Positions 36,103-49,997 of a stretch of DNA of 64,000 nt are shown in pieces. Every line of letters begins with the position of its first letter. The stretch's first letter is position 1. The stretch is from the NCBI GenBank assembly GCA_964016885.1, contig OZ024760.1, positions 11,594,001 to 11,658,000 of the forward strand, written 5' to 3'. The notes below the pieces were generated by a model. It was given only the letters and a program-made list of their open reading frames with translations. It ran no database searches and was not told where the DNA came from. Made by a program: the position numbers and the translations under genes. Source of the stretch: Eledone cirrhosa (Eukaryota).

Positions 36103-39100
36103 AATATTCGAGGTCCGTGGCTAGTCTGATGACGGGTCAGGCTGGTAAATAGAGCCGTCACAAGGCGTGGGTAAATATCCAGGTGTGAAATACAAAGATT
36201 TCTTTTCTCTTTCCAATATGAAGGGTGAAACTAATAAGACTTTTTGTACCTGTTTGTTGTCTTTTTGAACTATATATATATATGTATATATATATATGTG
36301 TGTATATGTGTGTATATGTGTATATGTGTGTGTGTGTGTGGTTAGAGAATTGAATCTGCAATCGTGAGATTGTGATTTCGATTCGTAGACCAGGTTATGT
36401 CCTTCAGCAAGACACTTTATTTCACGTTGCTCCTGGATTTGTGACCGACAGATAGTATCAGCAATTGGAAAGAAAGACCAATGGAAACATTGTTTCCTCG
36501 GTTCGATTTGACGATCTCCACCCCACTCGTTAAGCAAATGACGTCTGGGATCAATATATATATATATTAGATTGGAGGTGGTAAATACCAGTTAGACCAT
36601 TACTCACCAGAGTACTCGATACGGTCGGATCTCAGCCGTCGGGGTCCTCAAAGTTTTCGTATAATATATATATATATATATATATGATATATATTCGTTA
36701 AAGCTTCCAACTCTAGGTTAGTTTTCAATAAATAGTTAATACTTATCCGCTCAGCTTTTCTAAAGATAGATCACTGTTGATATAACTTTGTTGAAGAGTG
36801 GAAATAAAATGTGTTTGTTTATTTTAGTGACAAAACAAATCTTTAAAAAGAGGCACATACACATACATACGCACGTACATACACACACACACACTTTGAG
36901 TGATTTCAACAAAGGAAAAAAATTGTATTGGAAAGAGACTAAAATTATGTTTTCATATCTGAAACGGTCCATAGCGTTTTATTATGGTACCAGTAACATA
37001 TTGGAGTTCTATTTAATCGACTCCCCTAAACTGCTGGTCTTGTGCCAATGTTAGAAATATTATTAAGGGCGATGGATTGGTAGAATCGGTAGAGCATACT
37101 TTGCGGACACATACTTTACGGTATAGAGTTACGACCCTTTAATTTCAGAGTTCAAATCCTGCGCGGTTAGTTTTGCCTTTCATCCTTACAGAGTTGATAA
37201 AATAAAGTACCAGTAATGAATTGGATCGATTTAATCGACTTTCTCCTCCCCCAAAATTGCTGGCTTTGTGCCTGAACCAGAAACCATTATTATTTTTAGT
37301 ATCGGTAGAGTCGGACGCCATTCTTTGCAGCATAGAATTACGTCTCTTTTCGGTCTGAGCTCAAATCCCACCGATGTTAACTTTGCCTTTCATCCTTACG
37401 GGGTCGATAAAATAAAGTACCAGTAATACACTTGAATAATTGCTCGCCTTGTGCCAAGAGTAGAAACAATTATTTTTCCTTTTTTCGTACTTATCTCCAT
37501 GTCTTATTTGCTGCTGAATTATCTCCCTTCGTCTCACCCTATCCTCATCTCTACCGCAGTAAGAAAAGAAAATTAAAGGAAGGTAACTCTTGATAGCAAA
37601 ACGTTAGCAAAATATTGGAAATACAACGGGCATTATATACAGAGATAAACACAAACATATACACACAAATAAGTTTTTTAGGAAGAGCTGTTACTTATAA
37701 ATGTATGAGGGAGATTAGTGGTGGGGAAGAAGGGGAATTAATGAGAAAGAGACATAGAAAGGGAGAGGTGGCCGAGACAGAGAACGAGAGAGGTGGCCGA
37801 GACAGAGAGAGAGAACGAGAGAGGTGGCCGAAACAGAGAGAGAGAGGAGAGGTGGCTGAGACAGAGAGGTCGAATTGTTTTGTAAGATTGAGTGAAAATA
37901 TATACAGGAGTTACTTCCCTTTGCAGAGTCAGATTTACCCAGTCGTGTAACCTGCTAGAAACAACAGTAAAATATTTTCTCATTTCTCAATATCTGTAGC
38001 TACAGATGAATAAAGATACACTACAAGACAATGTAGTCAGTAATATGCCAAAAAGACGGGATGCTTAATTGGTGAAGGTACAGATGCGGTGGTGGGGAGG
38101 GCAAACAAACATTGTGAGTGACGGTAAGGAGTCAGATGAGGTGGTGGTGGTGGTATTTGTAGATAGTATATGAAGTAGTGTAGTGGTCAGTGTAGGCAGA
38201 TGTAGTGGTGGTAGTAGTAGTAGTAGTGATGGTAGACAATATGTAGTGGTGGTAATGAGAACACAGTAAGTAGGTGGTGGCGGTAGTGGTGAAATGTGAA
38301 CAGTAGAGATAGACAGAGAGGGAAGTGGGGGGGGGGGGGGGGGGAAGAGAACACAGAGAGAGAGAAGGATGGAATGGTGACTGGTAGATGTTGGTGTGAA
38401 AGGTGGACTGTGTGTATGTATGTATATAATTATATATATATATATATATAAAAAAAAGGATCGATCGACTTTCATCAAATTGGACCGAGTAAACAATGTT
38501 TCCGTCGGTCTTTCCAGTTGCTAATACTATCTAGTGGCTGCAACTCCAGGTAGAAGGAGCAATGTGAAATAAATTGTCTTGCTCAAGGACATAATGCATC
38601 GCAACTGCTGCAGTTTCATCGACTGGTGTGCAGCTAAAGTGCACTCAAGCTGTGAGATAAGTCAGCTTGTCAAGGGACTCCCTCAGTGTAAGACAGATTC
38701 CACAAAAACTGACTGCTACTAGTTACAATTTTTCGAAAGGGAAAATGATCAGGTGGTGGTAAAGGGTAGATTGTTGGTGAGTAACAGAATTGCTAGAAGA
38801 AGCAGTCTATTTCAGCCTAATTTTTTTACTCAACCATATATATAATTATCACGCTCAGAATTGCTGAAGCATGGAACAAACTACCTGCATCAGTTGTTAG
38901 CTGTCGAGACACTGCATCCTTTAAGGCCTCCATGCTTCCCGAGATCCGCCAACACTACAGCTAACACATACACACATGTACTTCCCTGACATTTGTGTAT
39001 TATTCTATGTACTATATTGACGAGTTGTGGTGCACCCGAGCACTTTACACAATAATTTCATTATTATTATTATTATATATAAATATAAATAATTTTAAAA

Positions 39101-40164
39101 GCCATACAATGCATGAGAAAATTAAAGGTGCCAAGATATCAATAGAATTTTACCTTAGCAAATTTAATTATCCCGAATATTTTCAGGTCTAGAAACCCAT
39201 TAACAAGAGAGTATCCCTGTGATGGTCTTAAAAGACCAGTCGGAGATGAGTTGTTGTATGGATGGCACATTTAATCTAAATTAAATTTGCCATCGTTATC
39301 TTGGCACCTTTAATTTTCTAATCCATTGTATGGCTTTTAAAAATATTTAAATTTATATTTCCTATTCGACACTGCTTCAAGCAAACTATAATACTGTTTA
39401 TATATATAACTTTGATAGGTTTCAGCCAGTGTAGGCCCAGGCCATGTCTAACTTAATAGCACCACCTCATATATATAAAGTATGTATACGTACATACATA
39501 TATGTATACAGACGTACAGTAGTATGTATATATATATATATATATATATGTATACATACATGCACACATATATGTATGTATGTATGGATTTACCGAACAT
39601 TTATTATAATGCTCGGTTTGTTTCTAAACAAACATCCAGAATTAAGCCGTACAGTGTTTAGCAACCATTGTTGCCCTTTTGTACACATATATATATACGA
39701 GAGGGGACATAGAGCGATGGTTGTGAAAGATGGCAGCACATTGTACACAGAAAAACTGAGCCACTAAGATAGATTTCTTTAAAGATAGAAAGAGGAAAAT
39801 AATTTTTTAGATAATAAACAGAAAATATAAAAAGAAAAAAGTATGCACAAATAAGAAAAACAACCTCTAACGAATGAAGCTGGTATTTCAGTTTAAAAAA
39901 TACAAAATACTACTTTCTATTTTAAGCACAAGGCCAGCAAATTTGGTGGTATATGTAGGGGAGCAAAGCCAATTAACTTTTACCATTTACATTACTCTAT
40001 ATATACTATTAATTTTTCATGGTAAAGGCTTTATCTTACATAATATCGAATCTATGAGATATTGGTATTTATTTTGAAAACAATACCTTAACATCAGTAT
40101 GAGTGGCCAGTTACAGCCAGTTTGAACAGAAAGAAGTGAGAGAATTCTGGTTGGATACAGCCAG

Positions 40165-40419
40165 TTTAATCCTTTAGTATTTACATTACTCTATATTTAC
40201 AGTAAAGTCTTCTACTCTATATATACTACTATATCTCCATGGTAAAGGCTTTATCTCCCATAATATAATATCTCACATATCAAATCTATGAGATTTTGAT
40301 AATTATTTTAAGAACAATGCCTTAACATAAATATGAGTGGTCAGTTACAGCCGGTTTGAACAAAAAAAAAAAGTGAGAGAATTCTAGCCGGATATGGCTG
40401 GTTTAAATGTTAAAGGGTT
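40165..40419. mobile_element. TTAA/CCCTTT-ended MITE (second family)
   Basis: ttaatcctttagtattt ... aaatgttaaagggtta. A tandem partial copy at about 39972-40165 and a fragment near 48030-48134. Confidence 0.55.
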
Positions 40420-41750
40420 AGATCAACCCCAGTACTTTACAGGTACTTTATTTCATCAACCCCGGAAAGACGGAAGACAAACTTGGCGGGATATGAACGC
40501 AGAATGTAAAAAAGAACCATCACAACCACCACCACAATGACACTTTATCCCGACGCTCTACCAATTCTGCCAATCCAAACATGTTTTCAGTTTAAAATAC
40601 ATTATTAAAAACACAAAGCAGGTTGAAGCATGGAAAAACGGCGACAATCACAATGCTAAAGATGAAGATGATGATGATTGTGATGCTTCTGAAGATGATG
40701 ATGACTGATGCTGCTGCTGATGATGGTGGTGACTCAGACTGACCACATTCTTTTAAATCTACAAAATTTTCTCACCTTTTTTCTTTAGCTTTTGTTCTTT
40801 ACCTCATTTCTGTGTTGGTTCCATTAATCAATTACAGTTTTATATATTTATATATTTATATTTATATTTTTATATATTTATATATTTATATATTCGTATT
40901 TATATTTTTATATATTTATATTTTTTTTTTAAATCAAAATTCGGCAAGTTTGGGTTTTGTTTTTTGTTGTTTTTTTTTTTTTTATTTATTTTAATTTTTC
41001 TTCTGTTGCTTCCTTCTCTCTTTCACACACAATACACACATAATACACACACACTATACACATACCTTAGTTATCTGCACTCTAAATCCTGCCCTAGACT
41101 GAGTAAATTCCTTCCCTGCATCACATCCAACAGTGAGAGAAGAGGAAAAGGGTGAGGAAGAGAATGTACAAAATCTCAAATAACTTGTTCATTGTCTTAA
41201 ATAAATAAATTTTTAAAAAATTGGATTGTGGTGGGGGTGTCAGTTTAGCTGAGGAGAGAGGTGGAGGTGCTGTGTTTGTTTTAAAAAAAGGGTGTGGCAT
41301 GATTTTTGCAGAGTGTAGTGTAATGTTTGTTGGAGAGGGCATGGTAAGATTGTTGTAAAGGGTGATGTACTTCCTTCGGTGGAGAGGGTGTGGTGTGGTG
41401 TGGAGGACATAGTCAGTTTGTGGGGAAGACCTGGTCAGTTTGTTTGGGTGTGGTTAATTTGTTGGAAAGGGCTTGGTGTTTTTTTCTGGAGAGGGTGTGG
41501 CGTGTTTAGATGGCCTGGTCAGTTTTCTAGAGAGGGTGTGGTGTGTTTGGAACGGGCGTGTTCAGTTTGTTGGAAAGGGTGTGTTCAATTTTCTGGAGAG
41601 GGTGTGGTGTGTTTGGAAAGGGTGTGTTCAATTTTCTGGAGAGGGTGTGGTGCGATGTAGTCAATCTTTTGTGGGTGTGGTTTTGGTCTGTGGCATGAGA
41701 GTGAAGCTTAGACATGGTTTGGATGTGAGGGAGGATGTGATCAAGCAATG

Positions 41751-41797
<47 letters not shown>

Positions 41798-42892
41798 ATG
41801 GAGCGAGAGACAGTATTTTTTTTTGACAATCTGTGCTTCATACTTCATAGTCTAAAGTCTTGTATTCCAGTGACGCAGTTCCAATTGCCACAGTCCCAGC
41901 CACCTTCCAACTCCCACCGTGTAAATCAGAGTAGATAGGTAGATGGAGAGATGGGTGGGCTGGTGTGTTCTGGTTGGGGAATCAAGGTGGCAACTGCAAC
42001 TTTTAGAAATGTCTTAGGCTTGGATTATTTTCCAGATGGCCGTCTACTCCATATTCCTGCGTTCTTGTGATGTCAAACCTCACCAAATACAGTCGAAATC
42101 AAACACCAAGTGAAGGAAAAGGAGAACTTATACTGAACAAACTATTTACAAACAGACAGACAGACATATGTATATATATACACACGCACATGCGTTTTTG
42201 TGTGTATATTATATACATATATATATATATATACGTATGCACAAGTGTGTGTATGTATATATATATATATTATATATAGACACACAGAAAAGGAGGGAAC
42301 ATGGTAACGGTAGAGTATATTCCTGACAGGGAGAAGAGGGAAGGAGAGAGGGAGGGCTGGTCAGTGCCAAACTGGGGCACAATTATGGAAGAGGGGGGAG
42401 AAGGGCACATTGTTATTGCTGTCATTGAATGGGGGGTAAGAAAAGTGCCCCACTCCCCTTCTCCTTCAAAGTCACTAACAACTGATTCCAGTTGATCAAA
42501 TGTCAAAACAAATCACCCCAGATGATGAAAAACATCACAACACACAACACACATCACATCACATCACATCACACACAACACAACACAACACAACACAACA
42601 CAACACAACACAACACATCACATCACAACATATCCCAACACACACCACACAACACAATAGCCACAATAACAACAGTTGTCAACAGACATGTATGCTGTGG
42701 TCCAGTATTGTTGGTAATGTAATTGTTTCTACTTTAGGCACAAGGCCAGCAATTACCCCCAGTGCATTACTGGTACTTTATTTTATCGACCCCGTAAGGA
42801 TAAAAGGTAAAGTTAACCTTGGCGGGATTTGAACTTAGATTGTAAAGGGCTGTAGAGAGAGAGAGAGAGAGAGAGTGAGAGAGCCTCTACAG

Positions 42893-43245
42893 GGCCATTC
42901 AGCTGTGCTAGAAATAGCAGCCAGATAACTATGGTCATTCAGTTGTGCTAGAAATAGCAGCCAAATAACTATGGTCAATCAGTTGTGCTAGAAATAGCAG
43001 CCAAATAACTATGGTCAATCAGTTGTGCTAGAAATAGCAGCCAAATAACTATGGTCACTCAGCTGTGCTAGAAATAGCAGCCAAATATCTATGGTCAATC
43101 AGCTGTGCTAGAAATAGCAACCAAATAACTATGGTCATTCAACTGTGTTAGAAATAGCAGCCAAATATCTATGGTCACTCAACTGTGCTAGAAATAGCAG
43201 CTAAATAACTATGCTCACTCATATGTGCTAGAAATAACAGCTAAG
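42893..43245. repeat. 40-bp minisatellite, about 9 copies
   Basis: Unit agctgtgctagaaatagcagccaaataactatggtcattc. Confidence 0.92.
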
Positions 43246-43953
43246 GAACTTTGAGGTGTTTATTGTCTTTTTTTTATTTTTTTATTTTTCTTTATATTGC
43301 TGTTGTTGTTGTTGTTACGGTTAAACCACAGTTTATAGCAAAACTGGGCGTTAGATAGTTGACCGGTCCAGTTCTCAGTAACAGTGTTTCTAGATTGCAG
43401 TTACTGACCAGACATCATCCTCATGATCATCATCATCACCACCACATTAATAACATCACCACAACCTCCACTCCACTCCACTCCACTCCACCAAAGGAGA
43501 AAACAAAAAAAACAAACAAACAACAAACTATCATCATCATCACAACAACATGAACAACATTAACACCACCACAACCTACCACCACCCCCTCCTCTTCCAC
43601 TTGCTCCACCCTACCAAAGTAGAAGAGATACCCAGTATTGAGTACTGTGAAATGTAAGTTTTTGGGAGGAGAGGGGGGAGATAGAAAAAAAAAAGTAATC
43701 ATGGAAGTGTGTACGAGACTGAGACAGACGCCTGGTGAAACTTTCAAGTTTAACTCGGATCATTTGAGTTCCCACTCTGCCTCAAGACTCATCTGTCCGA
43801 GTATAAACTCAGACATTTTTTTGTTTCTTTTTCGTTTGTTCATCTTTCTTTTTCTTTCTTGTTTTATATTGTTTTTTTGTTTGTTTGTTTGTTGTTTTTT
43901 TTATTTTGGTTAATTTTTTTTTTACTTTTTGTTTTGTTTCTTGGAATTTATTA

Positions 43954-44023
<70 letters not shown>

Positions 44024-44064
44024 ATATATATTATATATATATATATATATATTATATATTATTC

Positions 44065-44097
<33 letters not shown>

Positions 44098-44136
44098 TAT
44101 TCATATATATATATATATATATATTATATATTATTC

Positions 44137-44192
<56 letters not shown>

Positions 44193-44246
44193 TATTCATA
44201 TATATATTATATATATATTATATATATATATTATATATTATTCATA

Positions 44247-44289
<43 letters not shown>

Positions 44290-44431
44290 ATATATATATT
44301 ATATATTATTCATATATATATTATATATATATTATATATTATTCATATATATATATATATATATTATATATTATTCATATATATATTATATATTATTCAT
44401 ATATATATTATATATATATTATATATTATTC

Positions 44432-44462
<31 letters not shown>

Positions 44463-44598
44463 TATTCATATATATATTATATATATATTATATATATATA
44501 TTATTCATTTTTCTTCTCCTGTGTCTTTTAGTTTAGTTTTAGTTTGGTTTGGAGTTGGTTTGGTGTTGGAGTTTGGAGTTTTGGTTTGGAGTTGGAGT

Positions 44599-44825
44599 TC
44601 AGTCTTGGCTGACGTCACTCTCAAACTCCTCGTCTGATGAACTCAACTCTACATTCTGCAGACCACCCACAGCCATCGGTGAGTTCACCCCCCTCCTCAT
44701 GGAGTATATGTTGGAGGAGGAGTAGACAGACGACGAGGGGTTCGCCACCCGTTTCTCTGTCTTAAACTCTGCCACCAAGGGGTAGACCTGTACTATGGCC
44801 TCCTGGACATTAGCGACACACGGTG
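44599..44825 (-). CDS. TBPL1: TBP-like protein 1, terminal coding exon 5
   Basis: Pyrimidine tract plus CAG acceptor; (A)PCVANVQEAIVQVYPLVAEFKTEKR...DEEFESDVSQD-stop. Exon phases are consistent and the total CDS is 1014 nt. Confidence 0.92.
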
Positions 44826-45310
44826 CTGGAACGAGAAGAAGAAGAAGAAAATATGAGGAGGAGGATGATGATGATGATGATAATGACAATGGTAATGATG
44901 GTGGTGGCGGTGGTGGGTGGAGGTGGTGGTGGTGATGGGTGGAGGTGGTTGTGGTGGTGGGTGGAGGTGGTTGTGGTGGTGGTGGTGGTGATGGGTGGAG
45001 GTGGTGGTGGTGGTGGTGGTGGTGATGGGTGGAGGTGGTGGTGGTGGTGATGGGTGGTGGTGGTGATGGGTGGAGGTGGTGGTGGTGGTGGTGGTGATGG
45101 TAGTGGGTGGAGGTGGTGGTGGGTGGAGGTGGCGATGGTGATGGGTGGAGGTGGTGGTGGTGATGGTAGTAGTGGTGGTGGTGGTGGTGGTGATGGTGGC
45201 AGTGATGGTGGTGGTGGTGGTGGTGATGGGTGGAGGTGGTTGTGGCGGTGAGAGAATGAATGAAAAAAAAAAGAGATAAAGTGAGAGAAAGAAACAAAAA
45301 AGAGTGAGAG

Positions 45311-45585
45311 AGAAGTGTATCCTTAAACAAGACACTCTACCTGTGATAGTGAGAGAGAGAGAGAGAGAAAGAGAAGTGTATCCTTAAACAAGACACTCTA
45401 CCTGTGATAGAGAGAGAGAGAGAAAGAGAAGTGTATCCTTAAACAAGACACTCTACCTGTGATAGAGAGAGAGAGAGAAAGAGAAGTGTATCCTTAAACA
45501 AAACACTCTACCTGTGATAGTGAGAGAGAGAGAGAGAGAGAAAGAGAAGTGTATCCTTAAACAAAACACTCTACCTGTGATAGTG
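45311..45585 (-). repeat. 55-63-bp tandem repeat of the TBPL1 exon 4 donor junction, 5 copies
   Basis: Unit agaagtgtatccttaaacaagacactctacctgtgatag(tg)(ag)n. Confidence 0.92.
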
Positions 45586-45669
45586 ATACTGCCTGTAGAA
45601 AATACTTTTAATGTAGCCTTGATATTTTTGATCTTGAAGGTGACACCTGGGTGGAGCTCTGGTTCATAG
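45575..45669 (-). CDS. TBPL1: TBP-like protein 1, coding exon 4
   Basis: (S)YEPELHPGVTFKIKNIKATLKVFSTGSITIT. YEPELHP is TLF-type, whereas TBP has YEPELFP. CAG acceptor, GTAGAG donor; 95 nt. Confidence 0.95.
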
Positions 45670-45747
45670 CTGTAGATAGAGAGGACAATAACTTTAGACA
45701 GGTCAAACATATAGACAGGGGTGTCTATGGATAGATATACGTATATG

Positions 45748-46080
45748 GAGGCACATGGCTTAGTGGTTAGAGCATTGGCCTTGCAATCGAAAGGTTGTTA
45801 GTTCAATTCTCAGACCGGGTGATGTGTTGTTTCCTTGAGCAAGACACTTTATTTCACATTGCTCCAGTTTACTCAGCTGTAGAAATGAGATGATAGGGAC
45901 TGGGGTCCCTATCATTCCACTGCAAAGTGGTCGTGGAGGTGCCACGGCAAAAAAGCACCCAGCACTCACTGTAAATGAGGTTGGTGTCAGGAAGGGCATC
46001 CAGCTGTAGAAATCAAGCCAGAATCAATTCCCGTCCCACCCTTGCAAGCAGGGAAAAGCGGACGTAAAATGATGATGATG
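45748..46080 (+). mobile_element. tRNA-derived SINE, family 2
   Basis: TGGCTTAGTGG A box, GTTCAATTC B box, ccttgagcaagacacttt domain, (ATG)n tail. Confidence 0.85.
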
Positions 46081-46911
46081 ATATGCATATATATTTGTAT
46101 GTATGTAGGCAGCGAATTGGCAGAGTCATTAGAACACCAGATAGAATGCTTTATGGTATTTGTTCTGGCACTCTGCCCTCGGAGTTTAAATCCCGTTGAG
46201 GTCAACTTTACCTTTCATCCTTTTGAGCATCCCAGCGAAGCGCGCGCATGCTTGTTTGGGAGTGAAGGAACAACAGTGTTGCCAACAGCCGTACAAACAG
46301 TTTCTCTGTGTCCCCATCGCTTTGGAGACCTTACTTTTGGGATTACTCTCGTATATATATATATAGAGATATGTATGTATGGGTGGATTGGCAGTTTCGG
46401 TAGAGGGTCGGGCGCCATGCTTTCCAGCATAGTTACGTCCCTTTACAGTCTGAGTTCAAATCCCGTCGAGGTTAGCTTTGCCTTTCATCCTTACGGGGTC
46501 GATAAAATAAAGTAGCAGTAATGAACTGGGTAATTGCTGGCAAATTGTGCCAAAAGTATAAGCAATTATGTATGTGTGTGTGAGCATGTACGTATGTGTG
46601 TGTCACGATAAAAAGCAGCATCCACAATATAAAGTGGTTGTGTATGCGACACAACAAAAAGCACCCAGCACACAGTGTAAACGAGGTTGGCATTAGGAAG
46701 GGCATCCAGCTGTGGAAACCAAGCCAGAATCAGTTCTGTATGAGCAAGATATATGGTCACATGACCCGGCATTTCTCACAACAGGACAACTCGTCTAACT
46801 CATACTAGCGTGGAAAAATGGATGTTAAACGGTGATGATGATAAGGATGATAAGTGAGTATGTGTATATGTATGTATATGTGTGTGTGTGTGTATGTATA
46901 TATATATATAT

Positions 46912-47250
46912 GAAGGCACATGGCTTAGTGGTTAGAGCATTGGCCTTGCAATTGAAAGGTTGTGAGTTCAATTCTCAGACCGGCTGATGTGTTGTTTCCT
47001 TGAGCAAGACACTTTATTTCACATTGCTCCAGTTTACTCAACTGTATAAAATGAGATCATAGGGACTGGGGTCCCTATCATTCCACTGCAAAGTGGTCGT
47101 GGAGGTGCCACGGCAAAAAGGCACCCAGCACTCACTGTAAATGAGGTTGGTGTTAGGAAGGGCATCCAGCTGTAGAAATCAAGCCAGAATCAGTTCCCGT
47201 CCCACCCTTGCAAGCAGGGAAAAAGCGGACGTAAAATGAAATGATGATGA
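46912..47250 (+). mobile_element. tRNA-derived SINE, family 2
   Basis: Near-identical to the copy at 45748. Confidence 0.85.
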
Positions 47251-47337
47251 TATATATTTATGTATATATATGGACCTATAACTCATCTAGCCTGCTGTGG
47301 GTATATAACACTCTACATATACTATATATACACTCAC

Positions 47338-47505
47338 CTAGCCTGCTGTGGGTGCTGTTTAGAGAAGAGGTTAATCTTGATTCCAAATGGTAATGAACAG
47401 GTCCCCAAAACATTTACAATCCGGAAGTTGATAAAACGAACATTAAAACCCAATCTCTGAAGTCTGCGAGCAAAACGCCTGGCAGCTTGTTTTGCTTCAA
47501 CCTCA
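47338..47505 (-). CDS. TBPL1: TBP-like protein 1, coding exon 3
   Basis: Hand-translated (not in the ORF track): (S)EVEAKQAARRFARRLQRLGFNVRFINFRIVNVLGTCSLPFGIKINLFSKQHPQQA(S). TAG acceptor, GTGAGT donor; 168 nt, phase 2-2. Confidence 0.95.
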
Positions 47506-48134
47506 CTAGAAAAAATATAAGAAACAAATTATATATTGAACATATTTCAAACAAAATATCATTTTTAAATCTTCAGCATTTACATTATACTAGCCTGTGT
47601 AGTGTGTATATTGATATTATACGCAAGTATATATGCATGTAGATATGATCAAATAAAATCGTAATTGACAATATACACAGCAATTGAACGAAAACTGTGT
47701 TACACTGTCTTATGTAATCAGTAAAGTAATCCATGATACATTAAAAAAAAGACGATATTATATATAAACTGCATTAGGAGAAAATTAGTGACAGAAATAT
47801 AAGAATGTTTATTTAAACGATCGCATAACCGGAAGTGTTGACATTTGAAAATTTTAAAGAAGTGAATAAAATATATTTAATGAACAGCCACGAAATTTAG
47901 TAGATTATGTAATATTCATTCATTATTTATTCCAAGTAATCCAACTTATTTTACTAACGGGATAAAAAATTATAAACCGTACACTGTCCCACGCTTCTTA
48001 CTTTATCATAGTTTAGATTTACTATTGTATTTTTATGGTAAACACATTATTTCACATAATTATCTCACATAATATCAAATCTATGAGATTTTGATATTAT
48101 TTATTTTGAGAACAATACCATAACATAAATATGA

Positions 48135-48421
48135 GGAACTGATTCTGGCTTGATTTCTACAGCTGGATGCCCTTCCTAACACCAACCTCATTTACAGTGA
48201 GTGCTGGGTGCTTTTTTTGCCGTGGCACCTCCACGACCACTTTGCAGTGGAATGATAGGGACCCCAGTCCCTATCATCTCATTTCTACAGCTGAGTAAAC
48301 TGGAGCAATGTGAAATAAAGTGCCTTGCTCAAGGAAACAACACATCACGCGGTCTGAGAATTGAACTCACAACCTTTCGATTGCAAGGCCAATGCTCTAA
48401 CCACTAAGCCATGCACCTCCA
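48135..48421 (-). mobile_element. tRNA-derived SINE, family 2 (inverted copy)
   Basis: Reverse complement of the copies at 46912 and 45748. Confidence 0.85.
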
Positions 48422-48570
48422 TATTAGTTATTTCATTACTAAGATAGGGGTGAAATATTAGTGTAGAATTATGCATATATATATATATATATTTCCCATC
48501 TTGACGTTATAGTCGCATATATGTTATAGAATGCTGTTAGCTTCTCGCTAAAACAATCTCTATACCTCTC

Positions 48571-48613
<43 letters not shown>

Positions 48614-49186
48614 TACATATATACGTGTGTGCGTGTGCATATATAAAGACAAGTATATGCTAATTACAACGTGATACTTTACACATGGCAGTGTGTTGGT
48701 AACAGGAAACAGGGGGTGCAGTTCATGAATGATCTAGAGTTTATAGATTATTATTATTTGGCAGTATCGGTAGAGGGTCGGACGCCATAGAGTTACGGCC
48801 CTTGCCATTCTGAGTTCGAATCTCGCCGAGGTTGACTTTGCTTTTCATCCTTACGGGGTCGATAAAATAAAGTACCAGTAATGTACTGGGGTAATTGATG
48901 GCCTTGTGCCAATAGTAGAAACAATTATTATTAGTTGTAGTACTGGTAGTAGTATTGGTGGTGGTGATAGTAGTATTAGTAGTGGTGGTAATAGTGGTGA
49001 TAGTGATGATGCTGGTAGTAGTAGTAGCAGCAGTAGTAATGGCAGTGGTGGTGATAATAGTAGTAGTGATAGTAATAGTATTAATGGTAGTAGTAGAGGT
49101 GGTGGTGGTTGTATTAATAGCAGCAGTAGTAATAGCAGTAGCAACAGTAGCAGTTGTAGTAGTAGCAGTAACAGAGAGCTACATAC

Positions 49187-49269
49187 CTGGTGGCACCTGT
49201 ACAGGTGACTTTACCTGATGACCAGATACTGGCTGTTGTGTTTGGTCTTCTCAGTTTCATATTCAACAT
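49187..49269 (-). CDS. TBPL1: TBP-like protein 1, coding exon 2
   Basis: CAG acceptor, MLNMKLRRPNTTASIWSSGKVTCTGAT, GTATGT donor; 83 nt. IWSSGK is TLF-type, whereas TBP has IFSSGK. Confidence 0.95.
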
Positions 49270-49997
49270 CTGTTGGGATGAAAGGGGAAATATCACATTA
49301 AAGCAAACACACGAAACCCCAGGAAAAGATGAGAATAAAGTATTGTAGTCGATATATATATATTGAGATATTGTAGTTGGTACCACAACATCCAGTCCTA
49401 AATAAATGAGGTCGTGTAGGTGTCACGACAAAAAAAAACACACAGTCCATGCTGTAATAATAATAATGAAAATATTGTGTACAGTGCTCAGGTGCACTAC
49501 AACTCATGAAAAGTGTATGTATAGTACATAGGGTAATGTACAAACGTCAGGAAAATGAACAGTGCATGAGTCATGATGTGTGCATGTGTATGGAAGGGGG
49601 ACACCAGGTGTAGTTTTGGCGGATTTCGGGAAGCATGGGGGTTTTAATGTGGCTGTGTAGGTAACACGGTAGAAACCTCCCAGTCCACGTGGTTGGTGTT
49701 AGGAAGGGCATCCAACCGTAGAAAACCAGCCAGACAGTCCAAGACAAAAACAAACAAAAGGCAAAGATAATTCTGATTTAGGCACAAGGCCAGCAATTTG
49801 GGGGGGGGGGGGGGGGGGGGGAAGTAGATTATATCGATTGCAGTGTATTACTGGTACTTTATTTTATCGACCTCATGAAAGGATGAAAAAAGCAAAGCTA
49901 ATCTCGCCAGGATTTGAACTCAGAATGTAAAGAGAACTAAATTCCACAAAACATTTTATCCAATGCTCTACCGATTAATGCCAATCCACCACCCTCG

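Noticed and set aside
36121-36240. CTGATGA-cgg...ccgtc in a (TA)n-flanked island
   Set aside because: No GAAA follows the hairpin in register, and I could not build stems I and III.
44634-44642. ctgatga within TBPL1 exon 5
   Set aside because: It is the antisense of Ser-Ser codons, with no supporting stems.
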